Shown one piece after another: positions 17,735-25,555 of a DNA stretch of 29,532 bases. The notes beneath the pieces are model-generated. The model had not been told where the DNA came from. It ran no database searches and saw only the letters and a program-made list of their open reading frames with translations. The stretch comes from Candidatus Acetothermia bacterium. Lineage in GTDB: Bacteria > Bipolaricaulota > Bipolaricaulia > M55B111. The position numbers were made by a program, and so were the translations under genes. The stretch spans positions 1-29,532 of the forward strand of contig JBKGZT010000010.1 in the NCBI GenBank assembly GCA_046543235.1, given 5' to 3'. Every line of letters starts with the position of its first letter. Positions within the stretch are counted from its first letter, which is position 1.

Positions 17735-18972
17735 TTTGACCTCCCATCGTTTTCCGATTCGTCTTCCTCTTCAAATTTTGAAATGTTGTGCCCCAGTTTT
17801 TTCACCTTCGTCTGTAGGTAGTCCTCGTTGTATTCGTTTGGTTCGGTTTCTATTGGCACCGTTTCAGTAATTTGCAGCCCGTAACCCTTCAACCCCACGA
17901 CTTTGCGGGGATTGTTGGTCAACAACCTGATTGAACTGAGCCCCAGATCGGAGAGTATCTGGGCACCGAAACCGTAATCCCTCAAGTCCGCCTCGAAACC
18001 TAGCTCCTCGTTGGCCTCTACCGTATCCAGTCCCTGGTCTTGCAGGTCGTAAGCACAAACCTTGTTGCTTAAACCTATCCCCCTTCCTTCCTGACGCATG
18101 TACACGAGGACGCCCTCTCCGGCTTCGTCTATGGTACTCAAAGCTTTGTGGAGTTGATCGCCACAGTCACATCTTTTGGAACCGAATACGTCTCCTGTCA
18201 AGCATTCCGAGTGGACCCTGACCAGTACGTTTTCTTTCCCTTCTACCTCTCCCTTGACCAAAGCCACGTGCTCGTCCTCGTTGATCCGGTCTACGTAACT
18301 GTATATCCGGAATTCGCCGTATTCGGTTGGAAGTCTGGCATCTCCGGTTTTCTCGACCAGTTTTTCGTTTTTCTTCCTGTATTTTATTAGATCCTCTATC
18401 GAAATTATCTCCAGATCGTGTTGTTCGGCAATCTCCTTGAGGGCTGGCAGGCGGGCCATAGTGCCGTCCTCGTCCATTATCTCGCATAGGACCGCGGCCG
18501 GGTAAAGCCCTGCAAGCCGGGCCAGGTCGATGCCTGCTTCCGTGTGGCCGGCTCGATGGAGGACGCCGCCTTCCTCCGCCCTTAGTGGAAAGACGTGTCC
18601 GGGCCGAACCAGGTCCTCCGGGTCGGTGTCCTCGTCCACCATATCGTTGATGGTTTTGGCCCTATCGTAGGCCGAAATTCCCGTTGATATACCCCTTTTG
18701 GCGTCCACCGATACCGTGAACTGTGTCCCGTGATGGGAGGTGTTGTCTCCGACCATGGAATCGAGCTCGAGCTCGCTCAACCGGTCAGGCTCCATCGGCA
18801 GACAGACCAGGCCCCGCCCTTCCTTGGCCATGAAATTTATGTCTTCCGGACGGGCCTTTTCCGCAGCCATGACGAAGTCGCCTTCGTTCTCTCGGGATTC
18901 GTCGTCGACGACTATTACGATCTCTCCCTTTTGTATCGCCTTTATGGCGTCTTCAATTGGATCTAAACTCAT
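17731..18972 (-). CDS. ribBA: Bifunctional DHBP synthase / GTP cyclohydrolase II
   Basis: [59 protein letters not shown]; start 18972 has SD GAGGAG, alternative 19002 overlaps ribE stop. Confidence 0.96.
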   Translation of the reverse strand: MSLDPIEDAIKAIQKGEIVIVVDDESRENEGDFVMAAEKARPEDINFMAKEGRGLVCLPMEPDRLSELELDSMVGDNTSHHGTQFTVSVDAKRGISTGISAYDRAKTINDMVDEDTDPEDLVRPGHVFPLRAEEGGVLHRAGHTEAGIDLARLAGLYPAAVLCEIMDEDGTMARLPALKEIAEQHDLEIISIEDLIKYRKKNEKLVEKTGDARLPTEYGEFRIYSYVDRINEDEHVALVKGEVEGKENVLVRVHSECLTGDVFGSKRCDCGDQLHKALSTIDEAGEGVLVYMRQEGRGIGLSNKVCAYDLQDQGLDTVEANEELGFEADLRDYGFGAQILSDLGLSSIRLLTNNPRKVVGLKGYGLQITETVPIETEPNEYNEDYLQTKVKKLGHNISKFEEEDESENDGRSK

Positions 18973-18998
18973 CGTGTCACTCCTCTCAAATGCTGAAT

Positions 18999-19595
18999 TC
19001 ATTCGGTCCGACCTCTCCCACGGGCGTACTTGGCCAGTACGTCGAATTCCAGGTTTACTTTGGCGCCACTCCTCCTGTATTGCAGAGTCGTGTTGTCGAA
19101 CGTATGGGGTATTACGGAGACGGAGAACGTTCCACCCGTTATTCCGTAGGGTGTCAGGCTGATCCCGTCGACCGCGACGGAACCTTTCTCGGCGAGGTAC
19201 TGCTCGAACTTCCTGGAAGTCGATATCCGAAATAATCGATCTCCGTTCTTTCTCCTGATTCTCCCGATCTTACCCACGGTATCCACGTGGCCCTGAACTA
19301 TGTGCCCATCCAGCCTACCGGCCAGACCGGTTGCCTCCAGCGGTAGTTCCAGGTTTACCCTGTCCCCTGGTTTCAACTTCCCAAGATTAGTTCTCCTTCT
19401 CGTCTCCTCCGATACGTCGACGGCGAACTTCTCCCCCCGGTTCTCGAACTCCACGATCGTCAGGCAGGCTCCGTTTACGCTGACGCTGCCACCCGTCTCC
19501 AGCGGGGAGGAAAAACCGTCCGGCGAAGAAAACACGAACCTTTCCCCGGCCGATTCTATAAGCGTACCTATCTGATCTATCACTCCGGTAAACAT
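18999..19595 (-). CDS. ribE: Riboflavin synthase (alpha-type)
   Basis: [46 protein letters not shown]. Confidence 0.96.
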   Translation of the reverse strand: MFTGVIDQIGTLIESAGERFVFSSPDGFSSPLETGGSVSVNGACLTIVEFENRGEKFAVDVSEETRRRTNLGKLKPGDRVNLELPLEATGLAGRLDGHIVQGHVDTVGKIGRIRRKNGDRLFRISTSRKFEQYLAEKGSVAVDGISLTPYGITGGTFSVSVIPHTFDNTTLQYRRSGAKVNLEFDVLAKYARGRGRTE

Positions 19596-19688
19596 TTTAC
19601 GTTAGGTAAGGGTAGGTTGATTCATTCAAATAATAGGTCGACCTGAACAGCGGCCAATCCGCTGGTTCCTTCCTTGGCTTCACCATTT

Positions 19689-19717
19689 AGTTTACTTGAC
19701 CCCATAACCCCTTGCAA
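19689..19717 (-). promoter_or_regulatory. Putative sigma70 promoter of the rib-hisS operon
   Basis: TTGCAA(19717-19712)-17 nt-TAAACT(19694-19689). Confidence 0.6.
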
Positions 19718-19769
19718 CCGGTTAGAGTGCTGGGTCGGTCCGTTGTGAGCCTTGGAGTCGTTGATGAAA

Positions 19770-19798
19770 TTGAAATGACCCGTCCTGTAGATTAAAAT
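19770..19798 (+). promoter_or_regulatory. Putative sigma70 promoter of the yidC operon
   Basis: TTGAAA(19770-19775)-17 nt-TAAAAT(19793-19798), then SD AAGGAGG before GTG 19835. Confidence 0.7.
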
Positions 19799-19834
19799 CC
19801 ATTCGATCTTAACCGAGCCTAAGGAGGAGCCAAA

Positions 19835-21406
19835 GTGCATTTTTCTTCTTTGAAAAAGACCAAGCTGTTGACCTGCACCCTGGCGCTGATTCTGGTTTTA
19901 ACTCTGGTGCCGGGAGCTGCTAACGCGGACGCTTCGAATTATAAGAACCCGATAGAGGTAACGAGGAACCAGGACGAAGGTACCATTCAGGTCAGGACGG
20001 GAATTGCGGATTACCTGTTCACCCAGGAAGGAGGAGAACTTCGGAGTATCTTTATTCACTTCTCCTCTTTCAGGAGCGATAAGGCCGAACTGGTGCCGGG
20101 TACCACTACCGACCCGGAGACGCTCCAGAGGTCTTACAAGGATGATATACGTTTTCCCGGCGAACTATCCGTCAGAGGACGATCTGACAGGGAACTCGAC
20201 TACGAAGTCAGGGTTCCGGAGGGCAACCATCGCGAAAGCATACCCGTGACCTTTGTGGGGGAGATGGATGGGCTGAGGATTGAAAAGAAATTTATCATCC
20301 ACAATAACCCCAATTATACCGTTGGGTTGTCGGTATCGATTACGAACGAAACCGGTGAACCGGTCGAATTCGGCCAGGAAACTGAATTGTACGTGGGAAC
20401 TCAAATCAGCACGGAAGGGTCGGAAGACGTAGCCAGGCTAACCGATCCAACCACGAAGTACCTCTTCGACGGGGAGGCGAGCAACGGCAAACTAGCGAAG
20501 GGCTCCTACAACGACTTCGGCGGGGTCGGTTTCGTTGGCAAGGACCTCGTTCTCTTTTTGAAAACGGGTACGCCGGACGGTTCTTCCGGAGGCCAGACTT
20601 CCGAGGACGTGGTGCCCCAGGTTCGTGACGGGAACCTCGGAGTAAGCTTTTCCGGTACATCTCTGGAGCCAGGCGAAACGAATGACTACCGGTTTTCCCT
20701 GTACGGAGGTCGGAGACGACACGTCCTGCTTTCCAACGTGGGTCTGGGGGCTATAGACGACATCGGCTTCTTCAGCCAGCTGCTGGTTCCGGTCATCGGT
20801 TTTCTCAACACCCTTTATGACTTTACCGGAAACTACGGCTGGGCGATAATACTCTTCACCGTCATGATTCGCGTCTTGCTTTATCCATTGATGCGTAATA
20901 TGTACCGGTCAATGGCAAAGATGCAGGAGCTCCAGCCGAAGATACAGGAAATTCAGGACGAGTACGACGATAGGGAAGAACAGCAAAAGAGGATGATGGA
21001 GCTCTACAAGGAAGAGGACGTTAACCCTATGGGTGGATGCCTGCCGATGTTTATCCAGCTGCCCATTCTGATTCTGCTCTGGCGGGCAATCATGTACAGT
21101 GCGGAGGCAATCCACATGTCTCCGGGATTCCTCTGGCTCAGTGACCTCAGTCAGAGCGACCCTTACTACATCCTGGTGGTGCTGACCGTGGTTACGATGA
21201 TCGTCCAGCAGCAGATGATGCAATCACCTGGCGGAAGTGGGGGTCAGAATAAGTTAATGAGCTTTGGTTTTCCTCTGTTCATGGGGATTTTCCTGAGGAA
21301 TTTTCCGGCCGGGCTCTGGCTATATTACTTCCTGACGCAGATATTTATGATCGGCCAGCAGGCCTTCATCAACTGGGAGATGGAAAGGGAGGAGTCGGAG
21401 GGTTAG
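19835..21406 (+). CDS. yidC: Membrane protein insertase YidC with large extracytoplasmic domain
   Basis: N-terminal signal/TM; GNYGWAII, YPL, KMQELQP, NPMGGCLP..IQLPI, GFLWLSDLS..DPYY, FPAGLWLY. Confidence 0.96.
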   Translation: MHFSSLKKTKLLTCTLALILVLTLVPGAANADASNYKNPIEVTRNQDEGTIQVRTGIADYLFTQEGGELRSIFIHFSSFRSDKAELVPGTTTDPETLQRSYKDDIRFPGELSVRGRSDRELDYEVRVPEGNHRESIPVTFVGEMDGLRIEKKFIIHNNPNYTVGLSVSITNETGEPVEFGQETELYVGTQISTEGSEDVARLTDPTTKYLFDGEASNGKLAKGSYNDFGGVGFVGKDLVLFLKTGTPDGSSGGQTSEDVVPQVRDGNLGVSFSGTSLEPGETNDYRFSLYGGRRRHVLLSNVGLGAIDDIGFFSQLLVPVIGFLNTLYDFTGNYGWAIILFTVMIRVLLYPLMRNMYRSMAKMQELQPKIQEIQDEYDDREEQQKRMMELYKEEDVNPMGGCLPMFIQLPILILLWRAIMYSAEAIHMSPGFLWLSDLSQSDPYYILVVLTVVTMIVQQQMMQSPGGSGGQNKLMSFGFPLFMGIFLRNFPAGLWLYYFLTQIFMIGQQAFINWEMEREESEG

Positions 21407-21486
21407 CGGGAAATTAACCTTTCGACGTAAAGTTTGGGACTCGGCGCGCCCCCCGGGATAGGAGGGGAGGTTTAGGTACCGCAGGT

Positions 21487-21957
21487 ATGAGTGAGAAAAT
21501 AGAGAAAGCCCGGGAAGAAATTTCTTCCTACCTCGGTGAGTTCTTCTCCATGATCGGGGAATACCCGACCCTCGGAATAGAAGCCAAACCACCTGACGAA
21601 CTCTACGTGGATATCCAGGGCGAATCCGATTTTTTCTCGGAAGACAGGGAAGAGCTGGTTCGATCTCTTTCTACCCTGGTAGAGGTGCTCATCGAACGTC
21701 AGTGTAACCTCGACAGGGACGTCCAGATAGATATAAACGGCGTAAAGCTTACGCGGAGGAAAAACCTGGAGCAGTTTGCGCTGGAAGCTGCCGAGAAGGC
21801 GCTGGAAAAGAGCCGAAAGGTCCGGTTAAACCCGATGCCCCCCGTCGAGAGGAAGTGGGTACACATCACCTTGAACGGAATTGACGGCGTGGAGACCTAC
21901 AGCGTAGGGGAAGGGGAGGATCGGCGGGTCATCATAAAGCCGAAGCAGAATGGATGA
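21487..21957 (+). CDS. jag: Jag/KhpB-like RNA-binding protein (KH-like plus R3H, no Jag_N)
   Basis: LNPMPPVERKWVH (R3H), TYSVGEGEDRRVII; position between yidC and mnmE. Confidence 0.85.
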   Translation: MSEKIEKAREEISSYLGEFFSMIGEYPTLGIEAKPPDELYVDIQGESDFFSEDREELVRSLSTLVEVLIERQCNLDRDVQIDINGVKLTRRKNLEQFALEAAEKALEKSRKVRLNPMPPVERKWVHITLNGIDGVETYSVGEGEDRRVIIKPKQNG

Positions 21958-23341
21958 TAAAGATACGATAGCGGCGATCTCCACCCCGATCGGGGAGGGC
22001 GGGATCGGTATCGTCAGGATTTCCGGTTCCAGAGCGCTTGAGGTGGGGAACGAGCTGTTTCACCCTTCAGACGAGGTCGACCTGAAAGACGTCGACTCAC
22101 ATACTCTCCACTACGGTTTCGTCCGCGATCCGGCCTCCGGAATGGACGTCGACGAGGCTCTGTTTACCGTAATGAAGGCCCCGGAGACCTACACCCGCGA
22201 GGACGTCGTGGAGATCAATTGCCACGGTGGAATCGTACCGTTGCGGGAGACGATGGATCTCGTTCTGAACCACGGCGCGAGGACGGCTGAGCCGGGCGAA
22301 TTCACCAAGAGAGCTTTCCTAAACGGGCGGCTAACTCTTGATCAGGCTAGATCCGTCAACGACATTATTGAATCAAAGACGAGTTTCGCCCTCGAGCTCT
22401 CGGTGGACCGGCTGGAGGGGAAGTTCTCCGAATTTGTGGATTCCGTGCGGAGCGACCTTACCTCTTTGCTGGCCGAGATAGAAGTAATGATAGATTACCC
22501 GGATTACGAAGAATCGGTTATCCCCCGGGAAGAACTCGAAAGTGAAATAGGCCGGATCGAGGAGGAAATCACGGATTTCCTCGCGGACAGCAAGGACGGA
22601 AAGATCGTTAGGGAGGGTCACAGCATTGCGATTCTGGGTAGGCCGAACGTGGGGAAGTCGACGCTGCTGAATCGTCTGCTCAGGGAGGAGAGGGCGATAG
22701 TAAGTGAAACTCCGGGGACGACCAGGGATACGATCGAAGCCGAACTGGAGATAAACGGGATCCCGTTTAAAATTACCGACACCGCCGGTATAAGGAATCC
22801 GGAAGGAGAAATCGAGCGCAAGGGAGTAGAGAAGGCCAAGGAAGAAGGGGGTAAGTCCGACATCGCTCTTCTTTTGCTGGACGCCAGGAGCGGGCTAGAG
22901 GAAGCCGATTTCGAAATAGCCCGGGAGGTCAACGAGGAGGAAACCCTGCTGATCTTAAATAAGATAGATCTCGTAGATAGTTTGCCCAAGGAGGAATTTA
23001 CCGATAAAATAGGTGATAACTGGGCCGACGTCGTTGCACTGTCGGCGAAGGAAGGAGAGGGAATGGAGGACCTGGAGGATTCTTTGACCGAACTCGTCTG
23101 GGGCGGTGAGGTTCGAAAGGACGACAGCCTGGTCCTTCTCAACCTTCAGGAAAAGCAGCTTTTGCAGGAAGCACGGGCTAGCCTGAAAAACGCAAGGAAA
23201 GTGCTTGAAGGAGGGAGGTCGATCGACCTCGTGGAAATAGATATCCGGGAGGGCAGGAAGAAACTAGGCCGGTTGCTGGGCGAGGACCTGTCGGAGGAGG
23301 TTCTCGACGAGGTTTTTTCACGTTTTTGTGTCGGCAAGTGA
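21950..23341 (+). CDS. mnmE: tRNA modification GTPase MnmE/TrmE
   Basis: DTIAAISTP, EINCHGG, GEFTKRAFLNG, GRPNVGKS, GTTRD, DTAG, NKID, C-terminal FCVGK. Confidence 0.97.
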   Translation: MDDKDTIAAISTPIGEGGIGIVRISGSRALEVGNELFHPSDEVDLKDVDSHTLHYGFVRDPASGMDVDEALFTVMKAPETYTREDVVEINCHGGIVPLRETMDLVLNHGARTAEPGEFTKRAFLNGRLTLDQARSVNDIIESKTSFALELSVDRLEGKFSEFVDSVRSDLTSLLAEIEVMIDYPDYEESVIPREELESEIGRIEEEITDFLADSKDGKIVREGHSIAILGRPNVGKSTLLNRLLREERAIVSETPGTTRDTIEAELEINGIPFKITDTAGIRNPEGEIERKGVEKAKEEGGKSDIALLLLDARSGLEEADFEIAREVNEEETLLILNKIDLVDSLPKEEFTDKIGDNWADVVALSAKEGEGMEDLEDSLTELVWGGEVRKDDSLVLLNLQEKQLLQEARASLKNARKVLEGGRSIDLVEIDIREGRKKLGRLLGEDLSEEVLDEVFSRFCVGK

Positions 23342-23386
23342 AATCTGCGTTTAGAGTTTTGGAACTTTGACCGGGAGAAGTGATCC

Positions 23387-24214
23387 ATGAGAGATCCGGA
23401 TCGGTCCAACGAGGAACTGTTAGAGGAGCTAAAACAGCTGGAAGAAGAGAAGGAGAAGACCGATGGGAAGGCCGCCGCCGGGGAGTTAAAGGAGCGGATT
23501 TCAAAGCTAAAGGACCAGCTGATCGAACAGAACATCGGTCTGGTGAAGTCGATTGCCGGTGACTTTACCCATTCCGGGCTGGAATTTGAAGACCTGAGGC
23601 AGGCCGGATATATAGGTTTGCTGAACGCCGTGGAAAACTACGATCAGAACCAGGGCGCCAAATTTTCCACCTACGCCAGTCACCTGATCAAAGGTGAAAT
23701 CAGGCACCAGATAAGGGATGAACAACCCTCCGTTCACATCCCGCAGTGGGTGAAACGTCTCAACAAAAAAGTCAAGGACGCGGAGCAGCGAATATACCAG
23801 GAAACGGGGGAATTCCCGACTATAGAGGAGCTATCGGAGGAGTTAAATATCGAGGAGGACGGTATCCGGGAGGTACTGAAAGGACGGGACTCGATGACCT
23901 ACGTCTCCATCGACAGGGAGAGGAGGGAGTCCGATCCAAGGCCGGAGTACATAGATTACGAGAAGATAAGGAGCAAGCACGAAGAGGATCTACCTCTCGA
24001 GTTCAAGGTGAGGATTGCGGATGCCATCGAAAAGCTGACCGACGTCCAGCAGCAGGTAGTGAAGGGGCTGTTCTACGAGGCCCGGACCCAGGAAGAGGTA
24101 GGGGAGGACATAGGTACCTCCCAGCGCCAGGTATCCCGTATAAAGTCCCGCGTACTGGACGAGCTGGAAGATCAGCTTAAAGAAAACGGTGATAACCGCG
24201 GGGAAGATGATTAG
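23387..24214 (+). CDS. Alternative sigma-70 factor, SigB/SigF/SigG-like
   Basis: NIGLVKSIA, EDLRQAGYIGLLNAV..YD...GAKFSTYA..IKGEIR..IRD...VHIP, PTIEELSEEL, TQEEVGEDIGTSQRQVSRI. Confidence 0.88.
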   Translation: MRDPDRSNEELLEELKQLEEEKEKTDGKAAAGELKERISKLKDQLIEQNIGLVKSIAGDFTHSGLEFEDLRQAGYIGLLNAVENYDQNQGAKFSTYASHLIKGEIRHQIRDEQPSVHIPQWVKRLNKKVKDAEQRIYQETGEFPTIEELSEELNIEEDGIREVLKGRDSMTYVSIDRERRESDPRPEYIDYEKIRSKHEEDLPLEFKVRIADAIEKLTDVQQQVVKGLFYEARTQEEVGEDIGTSQRQVSRIKSRVLDELEDQLKENGDNRGEDD

Positions 24215-24223
24215 GAGGCCAAG

Positions 24224-24475
24224 GTGGATAAACTAGAGAAAGACCTGGTCCAGGTAGTGGAAATAAACGGTCTGATTCAGGAGTTAAAGCGGTCCCTGGA
24301 GCTCTTCGAACGGGGGGAGAAAGAAGGGGCGATGGAAAGGATAGTTTCAGTCGAGGAAAGAGTCGAGGCTTTGAACGAACGAGAGCTGACGGAAGACGAG
24401 AAGATCGAGAGGAAGTTGAGTCAGGTCCTGGAGAACCTTAAATGGGTAGAGGAAAACGGGGAACTATCTTCGTAA
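24224..24475 (+). CDS. Hypothetical small acidic helical protein
   Basis: SD AGGAGG 5 nt before GTG, 9 nt after sigma stop; composition like neighbouring proteins; no recognisable family. Confidence 0.7.
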   Translation: MDKLEKDLVQVVEINGLIQELKRSLELFERGEKEGAMERIVSVEERVEALNERELTEDEKIERKLSQVLENLKWVEENGELSS

Positions 24476-24535
24476 GTTTTTGTTTTTTTCAATTTAATTT
24501 TAAAAGTTTAAAAGTCTAAATAGGAGGTGGATGGG

Positions 24536-24823
24536 ATGCTTGTAGAATTCGACACGTATCCGATGGGCAAATCCCGCGGTCTGGGGAAGGAAATAGCCCG
24601 GGTGGAAAAGATAATCGAGTCCAGCGGCCTCGATTACCAATTAACCTCGATGGGCACGATCCTCGAGGGGGACTGGGACGAGGTAATGGAAACAATTAAG
24701 AAATGCCACGGACGACTGAAGGAAGATTACGAAAGGGTCGAAACGCACATAAAAATCGACGATGCCGGGGAAGAATCAGGCCGCCTGGAGGGTAAAGTGG
24801 AATCGGTCAGGGAAAACATGTAA
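24536..24823 (+). CDS. MTH1187/YkoF-like thiamine-binding protein
   Basis: EF..YPMG, SGLDYQLTSMGTILEGDWDEVM, RVETHIKIDD, LEGKVESV; start moved to ATG 24536 (SD AGGAGGTG). Confidence 0.88.
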   Translation: MLVEFDTYPMGKSRGLGKEIARVEKIIESSGLDYQLTSMGTILEGDWDEVMETIKKCHGRLKEDYERVETHIKIDDAGEESGRLEGKVESVRENM

Positions 24824-24870
24824 GCCGGGTCAAGCTGGCCTGAACATAAACTGAAGCGGCTATATTGACG

Positions 24871-25551
24871 ATGGTAGAGTATACGATAGACGACCTCCCT
24901 CCGGACGACCGACCGAGGGAAAAGCTGAAACAGCACGGCCCCGAGTACCTGAGTAATTCCGAGCTTCTGGCACTCGTCATCAGGTCGGGAGTGAAAGGAA
25001 AAAACGTCCTTGAAATCTCCCGGGATCTCCTTAATGACCTTGGTCTGGACGAACTCTCCAGGGCTACCATGCAAGAGTTAACCAATTACAGGGGGGTTGG
25101 CGAGGCGAAGGCAGGCAGGTTGCTGGCAGTTTTTGAGTTGAGCAAGCGATTTGCACGGGAAGAGATAGATCCGGGAGAGAAGATCTTCGGACTGGACGAC
25201 GTCCTGGATCATTTGAACCCGGAGCTTAAACGGCTGGAACGGGAGGAGCTGCGAGTTCTGCACCTGAACAACGCGAACGAATTGATTTACGAAGAGACCG
25301 CCTTCCGGGGTAGCCTGAGCGAGGTACAGATCAAACCGAGGGAGGTCGTGAAGAGCTGTCTAAGACGTAATTCGGGCGGGATAATCCTTGCCCATAACCA
25401 CCCGGGAGGAAACCCGGACCCTTCGGAAGCCGATATAGCGGTGACCGAGCGGATCGAGGAGTCGCTTGCAACTCTGGATGTCGACCTCGTGGATCACGTC
25501 ATCATCGGCAAGTACGACGAGGCTAGCCTGAAGAAGAGGGGCTATATATAA
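24871..25551 (+). CDS. radC: RadC/UPF0758 JAB-domain protein
   Basis: DRPREKL...G...LSNSELLA, HhH GVGEAKA, PREV, HNHPGG.PDPSEAD, LVDHVII; start 24871 or TTG 24865. Confidence 0.95.
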   Translation: MVEYTIDDLPPDDRPREKLKQHGPEYLSNSELLALVIRSGVKGKNVLEISRDLLNDLGLDELSRATMQELTNYRGVGEAKAGRLLAVFELSKRFAREEIDPGEKIFGLDDVLDHLNPELKRLEREELRVLHLNNANELIYEETAFRGSLSEVQIKPREVVKSCLRRNSGGIILAHNHPGGNPDPSEADIAVTERIEESLATLDVDLVDHVIIGKYDEASLKKRGYI

Positions 25552-25555
25552 CTTA

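Noticed and set aside
19596-19834. FMN riboswitch, rpmH, or oriC DnaA boxes
   Set aside because: No RFN consensus, no L34-like frame, no TTATCCACA boxes; the 72-aa ORF 19622..19840 spans both promoters and is likely spurious
24476-24520. AT-rich tract as terminator or SigB-type promoter
   Set aside because: No GC stem before the T-run and no correctly spaced GTTT/GGGTA pair
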